Shown here in pieces: positions 9,048-18,348 of a stretch of 64,000 bases of DNA. The translations under genes were made by a program, and so were the position numbers. The DNA is taken from contig MTLY02000001.1 in assembly GCA_002011035.2 (NCBI GenBank), forward strand, positions 224,001-288,000, written 5' to 3'. Each line of letters starts with the position of its first letter. Position 1 is the stretch's first letter. Source of the stretch: Candidatus Hecatella orcuttiae. Its GTDB lineage: Archaea > Thermoproteota > Bathyarchaeia > Hecatellales > Hecatellaceae. Below the pieces are notes generated by a model. That model saw only the letters and a list, made by a program, of their open reading frames with translations, made no database searches and was not told the DNA's origin.

Positions 9048-9680
9048 TTGAAACCTTTGAGGACCCTAGCCATCTCCGACCTCCACGGCCGGCTTGAGAG
9101 AGCCGCCCAATTCAGCAAACTAGCTTCAGCCGATTTCCACTGCCTCGTCCTATGCGGAGACATAACCCATCTGGGGCCGACGGACCTAGGGCGGAAGATC
9201 GTTGAAACCCTCACAAAATCCGGGATCCCTGTCCTCTACGTCGCCGGAAACATGGACCCGCCCACCATCCTTGAAGCTCTCCAAGGGGTGGGAGTCAACC
9301 TCCACGGGGAACCAGCCACTGTTGGAGGGTTTACCTTCCTAGGAGCCGGCTTCGAATACGCCATCGGAGAAAACCTGAAGAGAGGCTTTGGAAAGCTGGA
9401 AGGCAGGAAACTCGACGTACTGGTCACCCATGCTCCTCCCTATGGAACAGAGGTGGACACCATCTGGGGCGGCCGACACATCGGAAGCCCTGAAGTGAGA
9501 AGCTTCATCCAAGAGCACCGCCCCTCCATCGCCCTCTGCGGCCACGTTCACGAAGCCCGAGGCTTGGACAGGCTGGGGGAAACCCTCATCTGCAACCCAG
9601 GCCCGGCGGCTCAAGGGTTTTACGCTGAAATCCAGCTGGGAGGCAGGGTTGAGGCTGAACTTTTGAGGCTGAAAGGCTGA
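9048..9680 (+). CDS. Calcineurin-like metallophosphoesterase (Icc-related)
   Basis: SDLHG, GDIT, GNMD, THAPP, CGHVHE, NPG. Confidence 0.9.
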   Translation: MKPLRTLAISDLHGRLERAAQFSKLASADFHCLVLCGDITHLGPTDLGRKIVETLTKSGIPVLYVAGNMDPPTILEALQGVGVNLHGEPATVGGFTFLGAGFEYAIGENLKRGFGKLEGRKLDVLVTHAPPYGTEVDTIWGGRHIGSPEVRSFIQEHRPSIALCGHVHEARGLDRLGETLICNPGPAAQGFYAEIQLGGRVEAELLRLKG

Positions 9681-9693
9681 GAGGCCGAGTGGA

Positions 9694-10500
9694 TTGGAGG
9701 TTTTCTTCCTAGGGACGGGAGGAGGCCGCTTCGCCACCATCACCCAGAAAAGGAAAACCGCTGGGCTTAGGATTCTTTCAGGCCGGGTGAACCTGCACAT
9801 CGACCCCGGTCCCGGGGCTCTAGTCTACTCCATCCAAGCGGGATTAGACCCGAGGAAGGTCAGAGCCGTCCTCATCACCCACGCTCACCCCGACCACTGC
9901 AACGACGGAGAGGTTATGGTGGAGGCCATGACTGGAGGCGCCATAAAGAAACAAGGCTACCTAGTCTGCGCGAAAAGCGTCCTCCGAGGCAACGAGGTCT
10001 GCGACCCAGCGGTCTCCCGCTACCACCAAGGCCTCCCGCGGGAGATAGCGGAGCTGAGCTCAGGAGGGCGTTTCGAGTTCGAGGGGGTTAAAGTGCAGGC
10101 TGTGAAGGCTGTGCACTACGACCCAGACACCGTGGGGTTCAAAGTTTTCCTACCAGGTGGAGAAAGCCTAGGCTACACCTCCGACGCTGAATATTTTGAG
10201 GGCATGGGAGCCGAATACCAAGGTGTAGACCTCCTCATCCTTTGCACCATGAGACCTCGAGGCAGCCCTCTGAAGTGGCACATGTCCGTGGACGACGCTG
10301 TTAAAGTGTTGGAAGAAGCCCATCCGAAACAGGCTGTCCTCACCCATTTTGGCATGAGGATGCTGACGGAGAACATGCCTGAGTTGGAGGCTGAATACGT
10401 GGAAAAGACCACGGGGATCCCCACCGTTTCCGCCTACGACGGAATGAGGCTGAAGGTGGAGAGGGAGAAGGAAAAGAGAGACCTAACCAGCTTTTTCTAA
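9694..10500 (+). CDS. Metallo-beta-lactamase fold hydrolase
   Basis: FLGTGG, IDPGPG, THAHPDH, YTSD, LTHFG. Confidence 0.9.
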   Translation: MEVFFLGTGGGRFATITQKRKTAGLRILSGRVNLHIDPGPGALVYSIQAGLDPRKVRAVLITHAHPDHCNDGEVMVEAMTGGAIKKQGYLVCAKSVLRGNEVCDPAVSRYHQGLPREIAELSSGGRFEFEGVKVQAVKAVHYDPDTVGFKVFLPGGESLGYTSDAEYFEGMGAEYQGVDLLILCTMRPRGSPLKWHMSVDDAVKVLEEAHPKQAVLTHFGMRMLTENMPELEAEYVEKTTGIPTVSAYDGMRLKVEREKEKRDLTSFF

Positions 10501-10563
10501 TAAGGTTGCAAGGGGGTTTAGTTTTAAAAAATTTATATAACTATTATTGTATATATTTATAAG

Positions 10564-10995
10564 ATGGTTATCATGCCTCTGACCGTGGACGAAGTTGCCC
10601 GTCACACGCTGGTAACATGCAAACCAAGCGAAACCCTCTTCGAAGTAGCCAACCTCATGCTGAAGCACAACGTAGGCTCCGTGCTGGTAGAAGACAGCCA
10701 AAGGGAGATAGTCGGAATAGTCACCAAAAACGATATCTTGAGGCAGATGATCGCTGGGAAAAATTTGAAGACCACCCAAGCTGGGGACATAATGTCGTAT
10801 CCCGTTGCCTCATGCAACCGGACAGACACCCTGGAAGAAGCGTTGAGAAAATTCGGAAACTACAGCAGGCTTGTGGTGAAAGCGGAAGACGGAAAAGTAG
10901 TGGGCGTGGCCAAGAAAAAGATCGTGGAACGGTTTGCCAACGTATCCTTAGCCTACGATTTCATTCAACGGCGCCTCCGAAAACCCGGAGACTAA
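10564..10995 (+). CDS. CBS-domain pair protein
   Basis: Two CBS repeats (VGSVLV..IVGIVTKND); TATA TTTATATA at 10532-10539. Confidence 0.88.
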   Translation: MVIMPLTVDEVARHTLVTCKPSETLFEVANLMLKHNVGSVLVEDSQREIVGIVTKNDILRQMIAGKNLKTTQAGDIMSYPVASCNRTDTLEEALRKFGNYSRLVVKAEDGKVVGVAKKKIVERFANVSLAYDFIQRRLRKPGD

Positions 10996-11118
10996 ATTTC
11001 CCCTACCTTTCGCCAGCAGGCCACCGTCAACCATACCCGGGATGCCTGCGCTGATTTTAACATTGCCGTTGGAGGGAAAGCTAAATTAGCGGCTTCCATC
11101 GAAGTATCTAAAAGTGGT

Positions 11119-11523
11119 GTGGAAATGGTGAGGATCACCTACAGACCTACCCAAGAGATAGTCATCTTGGATAGGGTGGAATATCCCACCGTCGACGACT
11201 TGGTGAAAAACATCATCCTAGTTGCCAAGGGCATAGGGCAAACGGGTGTGCTGAGCTGGACGGGGGGAGTCCTGTTCGCGGTTACTCCTCTTCTGCCTGA
11301 GAACGAAAAACTCATGGGCGAATATCTTAGGGGGCGGACCTACATCTCCAATGTCATATTTTCCCTCATGCCCCACTATACTGACTCCATCAGGAAAAAC
11401 GGCATGGAGATACCTGTCATCGATGTCACCCCTAATCCGACCATGCGGAGAATAGCCAGCTGGCTGAAGAAAACCTCAAGGAGCAGAGCGGGAAAACGGC
11501 AGCTTAAAATAAAGGACAGATGA
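11119..11523 (+). CDS. Hypothetical protein
   Basis: 134-aa ORF filling the gap; its stop overlaps the next start (ATGA). Confidence 0.7.
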   Translation: MEMVRITYRPTQEIVILDRVEYPTVDDLVKNIILVAKGIGQTGVLSWTGGVLFAVTPLLPENEKLMGEYLRGRTYISNVIFSLMPHYTDSIRKNGMEIPVIDVTPNPTMRRIASWLKKTSRSRAGKRQLKIKDR

Positions 11524-11963
11524 AGGGTATCTGCATGGTTCTCGAAGACTTTCTGTTCCCCGGGGAAGCAGTTTCCTACAAAAGCCTTTCGAAGGTTAAG
11601 TACCTGGGCGATAAGTTTGATTTTTACATCACCAATCAAAGGCTCATACTCTTTCAGGGTGGAAAAAAGGACAGACTTTTCGCTGAAAGATTCAGAGACA
11701 TCGGAAGCCTCCGCTACAGCGAGCGAGGGAGACTCTTGAAAGAGGCATCCATAACCTTAGAAAACCGAGAAAAATACCAGATGGAAATTTCAGGAAAAGC
11801 CTCAGACATGAGGGTCATATGGATAGCGTTGCAGAAAAAATGGCAAGAACTGCAAAAAACTCCAAGCACCGCGGAAGCTGAAAAAGCGAAGTGCAAATTC
11901 TGCGGGGCCCTCATGAACGCTGGCTCTTTAGTTTGTCCAACATGTCGAAAAATACAGAAATAA
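11520..11963 (+). CDS. bPH-like domain protein with C-terminal zinc ribbon
   Basis: LFPGE...FYITNQRLI PH-like motif; CKFCG..CPTC. Confidence 0.7.
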   Translation: MKGICMVLEDFLFPGEAVSYKSLSKVKYLGDKFDFYITNQRLILFQGGKKDRLFAERFRDIGSLRYSERGRLLKEASITLENREKYQMEISGKASDMRVIWIALQKKWQELQKTPSTAEAEKAKCKFCGALMNAGSLVCPTCRKIQK

Positions 11964-12079
11964 CCGGGCACCGGGTGGAAAAGATAAATACGGTAACCTG
12001 AAAAGCATCATGTCACGCCACATAGGAACACCCGCCATGTCAAAGGGTAGCTACTGAGAGAAGCCGCGGGGAATACACC

Positions 12080-14518
12080 ATGCGGGAGACAAAGGGAACA
12101 GAAGCGAAGTTCAAACCCAAGATCGCTGAAAAAAGATGGTCTCCCAGCTTAGAAAACGAGATTTTTGAGGAATGGGAGAAGACAGGCGTTTACAGGTTTA
12201 ACCCTGATTCTGGAAAGCCGATATACTCCATAGACACACCGCCTCCCTATGCCTCAGGCCGTTGGCATGTGGGCGGAGCCACCCACTACGCTCAGATAGA
12301 CATGGTCGCCCGCTACCGGCGGATGAGGGGCTTTGAGGTGAACTTCCCCTTCGGCATCGACCGGAATGGGCTGCCGGTGGAGGTGGAGGTGGAAAAGAAA
12401 CACGGCATAGCCGCTCACCAAGTGCCCCGAGAAGAATTCATCAACCTCTGCAAAGAATTCCTCGACCAAGTTGAGGAAGCCATTCTCGCCGCGGCTAAAA
12501 GGCTGGGAATGAGCTGCAACTTCAAGCAGCTCTACCGAACCGACAGCCCTGAATACCGGAGGATTACGCAGGAAACCTTCATCGAACTCTGGAAGAAGGG
12601 CTTGGTCTACACGGACGACAGGCCTACCAACTGGTGTCCCGTCTGCAGGACCACCATAGCCGACGCTGAGCTGGAATACGCGGAGCGGGACGCCTACCTC
12701 TGCTACATCAGGTTCGGTGTTGAGGGAGACAGCCGAGGAGCCGTAATAGCCACCACCCGGCCTGAGCTTCTATGCACCTGCGCCGCCGTCATCCGTCACC
12801 CCGAAGACGAGCGGCATCAGCACCTGGAGGGAAAAAAAGCTGTCACCCCCATCTTCAGCCGCAAAGTCCCCATCCTAGCCGACCCTTCAGCCAAACCTGA
12901 ATTCGGCACAGGCCTCGCCATGATATGCTCCTACGGAGACTACACCGACATCCGGCTTTTCAGGGAACTAGGCCTCAAGGCTGTGTTGGCCATAGACAGG
13001 GAGGGAAGAATGAACGAGGCCGCCGGCCCCTACCGAGGTTTAACCGTGGAGGAGGCCAGAGAAAGGATCATCGACAACTTGGAAAAAGCCGGCTTCATGG
13101 TTAGGAAGGAGAAAATCCGCCACAGCACCCCCGTGTGCTGGAGGTCTAAAAACCCTGTGGAGTTCATCTCCATGAGCGAGTACTACCTTAAACAGCTTCC
13201 CTTCCAAGAGGCAGTGAGAAGAATGTTTCAAGAAATGGAGTTCTATCCCCCTGAAGCCAGACAGCTTCCCCTAAACTGGGTGGACTCCCTCAACGTCGAC
13301 TGGCCTATCTCGCGGCGGAGATTCTACGGAACCGAGCTCCCCCTCTGGTACTGTCGAAAATGCGGCAAACCCTACCTGCCTCCGCCCGGGCGGTATTACC
13401 AACCGTGGAAGGAGCCTCCGCCCACACCCCAATGCTCCTGCGGCTCCACCGATTTTGAGGGGGAAACCAGAACCTTCGACACTTGGATGGACTCCAGCAT
13501 CACTCAACTTTACATTCTAGGCTACCGCAGAGATGAAAACCTCTTCAAGAAGGCTTATCCCTGCACTCTGAGACCTCAGGGAGCCGACATCGTCCGCACA
13601 TGGCTTTACTACTCCACCCTCAGAACCTACCAGTTGCTCTCCGACAAAGCCTTCCGGCAGGTGAGAATCTCAGGCATGGGCCTCGACGAGGCAGGGGAAG
13701 CCATGCACAAGTCCAAGGGGAACGTCATATGGCCTGAGCCCATCTTGGAAAAACTCGGCGCCGACGCCTTCAGGCTTTGGGGAGCCTCTGAAGCCCGGCT
13801 GGGCTCCGACTACCGGTTCAACTGGAGCAGACTGGAGGGAGCCGCTAGGTTCATCACCAAGCTTTGGAACATCTCCCGTTTCATCTCCTCCTTCCCGGTG
13901 GAAAAAGGGCCTGTGGAGCTTCAGCCTTTAGACGGCATGATCCTCGCGGAGCTGAACAAGGTTGTCGAAGAATGTGTGAAGGGCTACGAAGCCATGGACT
14001 TCTTCATCCCAGCTCAAGCCATCCGAAGCTTTTTCTGGAACATCTTCGCCGACCATTATTTGGAAGCCGTTAAGGCGAGGGCCTACAACTTCCAAAACCT
14101 TTTCCAAGATGACGCCCAAAGATCAGCTTGGAAGACGCTTCACCTCTGCCTGAGCACGGTCCTAAAACTTGCGGCACCCATCTGCCCCCATGTGACGGAG
14201 GCCGTTTGGCGGAGGATTTACTCTGAGACCTCCATCCATTTGGAGGAGTTTCCTCAACCTCAAAAAGAGTGGGAAAGCAGCCTCGGAGAGCTTCTCAAAC
14301 CTTTCACAGCCTTCAACTCCGCGGTGTGGAAGTTCAAAAAAGCCAAAAACATGGCTTTAAACTCCGAACTTCAAACAGTCTACACGCTTCAACCTCTCCA
14401 GCCTCTGGCAGCAGACTTGAAGGCGATGCACAGAATTGAGACCCTAGTCTTCGAGCAGCCTCCGTCGGGGGAGAAGGGCTTGGAAAAAATCGAAGAGTTG
14501 TACATTCGTCCCAAGTGA
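12080..14518 (+). CDS. valS: Valine--tRNA ligase (archaeal type)
   Basis: IDTPPPY..HVGG (HIGH-like), DWPISRRR, DTWMDS, AMHKSKGN (KMSKS-like). Confidence 0.95.
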   Translation: MRETKGTEAKFKPKIAEKRWSPSLENEIFEEWEKTGVYRFNPDSGKPIYSIDTPPPYASGRWHVGGATHYAQIDMVARYRRMRGFEVNFPFGIDRNGLPVEVEVEKKHGIAAHQVPREEFINLCKEFLDQVEEAILAAAKRLGMSCNFKQLYRTDSPEYRRITQETFIELWKKGLVYTDDRPTNWCPVCRTTIADAELEYAERDAYLCYIRFGVEGDSRGAVIATTRPELLCTCAAVIRHPEDERHQHLEGKKAVTPIFSRKVPILADPSAKPEFGTGLAMICSYGDYTDIRLFRELGLKAVLAIDREGRMNEAAGPYRGLTVEEARERIIDNLEKAGFMVRKEKIRHSTPVCWRSKNPVEFISMSEYYLKQLPFQEAVRRMFQEMEFYPPEARQLPLNWVDSLNVDWPISRRRFYGTELPLWYCRKCGKPYLPPPGRYYQPWKEPPPTPQCSCGSTDFEGETRTFDTWMDSSITQLYILGYRRDENLFKKAYPCTLRPQGADIVRTWLYYSTLRTYQLLSDKAFRQVRISGMGLDEAGEAMHKSKGNVIWPEPILEKLGADAFRLWGASEARLGSDYRFNWSRLEGAARFITKLWNISRFISSFPVEKGPVELQPLDGMILAELNKVVEECVKGYEAMDFFIPAQAIRSFFWNIFADHYLEAVKARAYNFQNLFQDDAQRSAWKTLHLCLSTVLKLAAPICPHVTEAVWRRIYSETSIHLEEFPQPQKEWESSLGELLKPFTAFNSAVWKFKKAKNMALNSELQTVYTLQPLQPLAADLKAMHRIETLVFEQPPSGEKGLEKIEELYIRPK

Positions 14519-14636
14519 CACTACCGCCCACTAGACCCCTACAGCTCGGCTTTTATCACCCAAGCCATTTAAGCAAAGGTTCGGAGAACTTGGTTTAAAT
14601 AGTATTTCATGCGCTTTCCTTTTGGTTAAACACGGC

Positions 14637-14804
14637 ATGAAGTCGGAAAAACCCTGCAAGTACAGAGGGGAAATTAAACTCGGAAACCAGAAGTGGAACT
14701 GGTGTTTCTTCTACAACTCCAAGATCGGCGACGTATCCTGTGAAAAATGCGAAATCCCAGGGTTAAACAGTCAAACCAAAATGAAAAACACGCCCATAGT
14801 GTAG
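14637..14804 (+). CDS. Small four-cysteine hypothetical protein
   Basis: MKSEKPCKY...WCFFY...SCEKCE; TATA TTTAAATA at about 14594. Confidence 0.5.
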   Translation: MKSEKPCKYRGEIKLGNQKWNWCFFYNSKIGDVSCEKCEIPGLNSQTKMKNTPIV

Positions 14805-14854
14805 GCTGAGGGTTAATGGCCTCGGCTTTTGAGCGGAGTCTTAAGATGAATAGT

Positions 14855-14994
14855 TGGTAGCCCGGGGGAGATTTTCGGGCAGCCACCGCGGCTGCGTTTC
14901 GAACTCCCGTCAGCAGGTCTCCCCTTGATGTTGACAAGCCAGAGCCTGCCATGCCTAGCCGGCCTAATCCCTTTGACCGCTACACCACCGGGCT
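14855..14994 (-). tRNA. tRNA-Gln(CTG) with three introns (about 21/22, 18 nt, 14972-14955; 37/38, 20 nt, 14938-14919; 59/60, 26 nt, 14897-14872), CCA encoded
   Basis: Acceptor AGCCCGG/CCGGGCT, A73. The spliced product is a 76-nt cloverleaf with GCAGG-CT CTG GA-CCTGC and GGGAG-TTCGAAT-CTCCC; BHB-type motifs at each junction. Confidence 0.93.
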
Positions 14995-15090
14995 ACGCCT
15001 TGGAGAGTGATTAATCTATTTCCACCCTTATTTTTTATCTATTTCTCAAGCCGCTTTTAAGGAATATGCAACTTCCTGTATCGAACTCTA

Positions 15091-15366
15091 TTATACGACG
15101 CCGGAGATTTCCAAGCCTCTTTTTCTCCGGGCAGCCGCCGGTCTTTGTTCGCATGTTTTCCTACGGTATTCGGCTAGGAGTACTTGAAACAGCAGCTTCA
15201 GCTCGTAGGGGCTATCATGGTAGGCGTCTTCCAGCCGTTGTTTTAATTTCTCATGTCTTTTCACGTTGAATTTTTCCATGAGCTTTCGTTCAAACCATTC
15301 CTGAAACCCAGCGTCCTCAGGCAGCTTTAACCCCATCAACACTGCCAAGGCGATAAAACACGGCAT
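15091..15366 (-). CDS. Small hypothetical protein
   Basis: 91-aa ORF with GGTGG SD and protein-like helical composition. Confidence 0.55.
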   Translation of the reverse strand: MPCFIALAVLMGLKLPEDAGFQEWFERKLMEKFNVKRHEKLKQRLEDAYHDSPYELKLLFQVLLAEYRRKTCEQRPAAARRKRGLEISGVV

Positions 15367-15514
15367 AATCCACCATCTTCAAGCCATATCCATAAGACAC
15401 ACGTAGCTAACCTTAACGTGCAAACTGTCGAGATAAAAACGTTTACAAGCCGGACCCATCCCGGGATGCTATCTCAAAAACACCGCCTTTGAAGGCTTCC
15501 GCAACCGCTTCAAC

Positions 15515-16468
15515 TCAGGGTCTGAAGCCGCATAACAGAAAGACCATAAGGGAGCTGGCTGTCAGGTCGGCGGTGGTCCCTGGGTTTAGGCTGTTATCGG
15601 GGCTGCGAAGTTGAGCGTGCAACTTCAAGACCGCTTGCTTTCCAGCCTCCGTCAGCATTCCTCCCTTTTCCAAAACCGCCTTGGCCTTTTCAGATATCCG
15701 CCGGGCTGTTTGCAGGCCTCTTCTCCTAGCCACCAAGCTGTCGGGGTAGTCGGCTAGAATTTTCAAGTAACATTGAACCACAGCTTTGTTCACGTCTCCT
15801 TCCCGGCGGAAGACTTCTGCCAGTTGAGGGTAGCCGACTTTGAAAGTTATAGTCATTCCCGTGGCCCACTCGCTGCCTATTCTATCCCATGCAGCGCAGG
15901 CTTTCATCACTTGGTACAGGGTTAGCCTTTTTTGGGTGATTTCCTCTGCCGCTGAATTTTTTAAAACATCGGGAGCCCCTTTCACCTTCGGTTTCTTCAA
16001 GCCCCCAGGTTTGGCCTTCCTCACAGCATCATAAAAGTTCAAGGCATCCTTTACACTGGTGGCTTTCAGCGCTCTCTTCACATTCTGACGAAGAAGAGGG
16101 GCTGTAAGCTTTGAGGTGGAGGCCCATGTCATGCCTGCCCCTGCCGCCAATGGTACGAGGAGGCTGAGGGTTCCTAGGTTGGTGTTACCGCCCTGATGCC
16201 ATTGCGCGGTTTGGTAGACGCCTTTCCTTATCCAGCTTCCTATCCCCAGCTGGCTTAGGCTGATTTCACCATTTCCAGCCCTAAGACCTTTCAGGGAAGC
16301 TTCTCGGGTGCAGGCTCCTATGGCTATTCCCCCGGCGAGGAAGTGATCATATTTCGTGTCCCTGAAATCGTGGAACCTGTCGATGTTGCCTGGTTTGGGG
16401 TAGGCGGAGACCTCTAAAACCACAGCCAGCTGGGCTGCTTGGGCTATTTCCTCGGCAGCGGTCTTCAT
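15515..16468 (-). CDS. CitG-family triphosphoribosyl-dephospho-CoA synthase homologue
   Basis: LEVSAYPKPGN, GNTNLG, PDSLVARR, NPGTTADL. Confidence 0.88.
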   Translation of the reverse strand: MKTAAEEIAQAAQLAVVLEVSAYPKPGNIDRFHDFRDTKYDHFLAGGIAIGACTREASLKGLRAGNGEISLSQLGIGSWIRKGVYQTAQWHQGGNTNLGTLSLLVPLAAGAGMTWASTSKLTAPLLRQNVKRALKATSVKDALNFYDAVRKAKPGGLKKPKVKGAPDVLKNSAAEEITQKRLTLYQVMKACAAWDRIGSEWATGMTITFKVGYPQLAEVFRREGDVNKAVVQCYLKILADYPDSLVARRRGLQTARRISEKAKAVLEKGGMLTEAGKQAVLKLHAQLRSPDNSLNPGTTADLTASSLMVFLLCGFRP

Positions 16469-16600
16469 CCAGCTTCTCGACGGCAAGGAGCTTCCGCCTC
16501 GCGGGTGGATGGGCGACTTGTACATCGGAAGGAAGTTTAACCTTTTCTGAAGTGGTGGATTTATATATTGAGTATTGTATAAAGATTAGTTAGAAAAGGT

Positions 16601-16909
16601 ATGGCGGAAATCTGTCAAATATGCGGGCTGCCTAAAGACCTTTGTGTATGCTACGAGATAAGTAAGGATCAACAGAGAATAAAAGTTCGCTTAGAAAAGA
16701 GAAAATGGAACCGCCCTGTCACCGTCATCGAAGGGCTGGATGAAAAAAGCGTTGACCTAGGGAAGCTGGCTGCTGAGTTGAAGACTTATTGCGCCTGTGG
16801 AGGGACTTTTAAAAACAGCCAAATTCTCCTCCAAGGAGACCATCGAGAGAAAACCAAGGAAAAACTTGTCATGATGGGTTTCCCTGAAGGAAACATCGAA
16901 GTCCGATGA
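16601..16909 (+). CDS. Translation initiation factor aIF1 (SUI1)
   Basis: ICGLPKDLCVC zinc knuckle, LKTYCACGGT, LQGDHR. Confidence 0.95.
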   Translation: MAEICQICGLPKDLCVCYEISKDQQRIKVRLEKRKWNRPVTVIEGLDEKSVDLGKLAAELKTYCACGGTFKNSQILLQGDHREKTKEKLVMMGFPEGNIEVR

Positions 16910-17010
16910 GACCTAAGCCTGCCGATCCTTTCTGCCGACTGGGAAGAGGAGACGCTGAGCTCTTGCATTCCTCAGTAACACATAAAGGTTGATGAACCAT
17001 AGAGAACGAT

Positions 17011-17229
17011 ATGCATGAAGTCGAAGTGAAAATTCTCCAAAAACCTTTACGTGTCCCCAAGGAGAAACTGGGAGAGCTGAAGGGAACCGTATCCGGAAGC
17101 CTCTTAAGCCGCATGAAAAAAGAAGCTGTGGACTGCCCTGTGAAGGGGGAGACTCTTCCTTTCATCGAATGTTTTACCTGCGAAAATTTTCTCCGAAGAG
17201 TGAAAGGCCACGTTCACTGCCGAGGCTGA
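17011..17229 (+). CDS. Small Cys-rich hypothetical protein
   Basis: VDCPV..FIECFTCENF..VHCRG, probable metal-binding protein. Confidence 0.7.
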   Translation: MHEVEVKILQKPLRVPKEKLGELKGTVSGSLLSRMKKEAVDCPVKGETLPFIECFTCENFLRRVKGHVHCRG

Positions 17230-17247
17230 AGGCGCCTCCGGGGCCCT

Positions 17248-18348
17248 CTAGGATTCAGCCGGCTTTCCCAAGATTCCCAGCGGCAGAAGATGGTCTGCCA
17301 AAACGCAGGCCACCAAAGCCTCCACAATGGGAACAGCTCTAGGGACTACGCAGGAATCGTACCTTCCCTTAACCTCCAACTCAGCGTCTTCCATGGTTCG
17401 GAGGTCCACGGTTTTTTGGCGTTTGAAGATGGAGGAAGGCGGTTTGAAGGCGGCTCTCACCGCAATGGGCATGCCGTTGGAAAGGCCGCCTAGGATCCCC
17501 CCTGCGTTGTTGGTGAGGGCCACAACCTTCCCCCCCACCACGCGGTAGGGGTCGTTGTTCTCCGACCCCCGAAGCCGGGCAGCTTGGAAGCCTGCTCCAA
17601 ATTCCACCCCCTTCACAGCTGGGATGAAGAAGAGGTACTTGGCTATGTCCGCATCCAGAGAGTAAAAGATGGGATCTCCAACTCCCGGGGGGACGCCGGT
17701 GGCTATGCATTCTACGACACCCCCTACGGTGTCGCCTTCCGACTTGGCTTGGAGGATTTTCTTCTCCATTTCTTCAGCTGTCTGAGACTCCACGCACCTG
17801 AGAGGGTTGGAGTATGCTTTTTCCCTGATCTCCTCAACGGTGGGCTGGCTTCGGATCTTCACCCCGGCTATTTCAACCGTGTGGGCGTAAACCCCTATGC
17901 CCGCTTCTCCGAGGAGCCGTTTGGCCACGGCGCCTGCGGCCACCATTCCCACGGTCATCCTGGAGGAGAAGATGCCTCCCCCCCGGTGGTCGTGGAAGCC
18001 TCGGTATTTGACGAAGGCGGGGTAGTCAGCGTGGCCAGGCCTTGGCTTCCACCTGAACTCCTCGTAGGCCTCGGAGCGGTATTCCTTGTTCCACACAAAC
18101 AGGCAGAGGGGCGCACCTGTGGTGCGGCCTTGGAACACTCCTGACAGGATGTTCACCTTATCCTCCTCCCTTCGAGAGGTTGAATACGCGGCGGAGGTAG
18201 GTCTTCTCCTGTTCAGTTCAGTTTGAATGTCTTCTTCGGAGAGGGGGAGCCCCGGCGGGCAGCCGTCCACCACGACGCCTATGCCTTTGCCGTGGCTTTC
18301 CCCGAAGAGGGTGACGACGTAGTTTCTTCCGATGGAGTTGCTAACCAA
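17248..18348 (-). CDS. aroC: Chorismate synthase
   Basis: [29 protein letters not shown]. Confidence 0.96.
   Translation of the reverse strand: MVSNSIGRNYVVTLFGESHGKGIGVVVDGCPPGLPLSEEDIQTELNRRRPTSAAYSTSRREEDKVNILSGVFQGRTTGAPLCLFVWNKEYRSEAYEEFRWKPRPGHADYPAFVKYRGFHDHRGGGIFSSRMTVGMVAAGAVAKRLLGEAGIGVYAHTVEIAGVKIRSQPTVEEIREKAYSNPLRCVESQTAEEMEKKILQAKSEGDTVGGVVECIATGVPPGVGDPIFYSLDADIAKYLFFIPAVKGVEFGAGFQAARLRGSENNDPYRVVGGKVVALTNNAGGILGGLSNGMPIAVRAAFKPPSSIFKRQKTVDLRTMEDAELEVKGRYDSCVVPRAVPIVEALVACVLADHLLPLGILGKPAES

Noticed and set aside
9048-9680. Metallophosphoesterase next to nurA-herA as Mre11
   Set aside because: It is only 210 aa, has GNMD rather than GNHD, lacks a capping domain, is divergently transcribed, and has no rad50 nearby.
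16903-16958. Possible C/D box sRNA after aIF1 (GATGA...CCGA...CTGA)
   Set aside because: The C and C' boxes are weak, the second guide is too short, and I could not identify a target.
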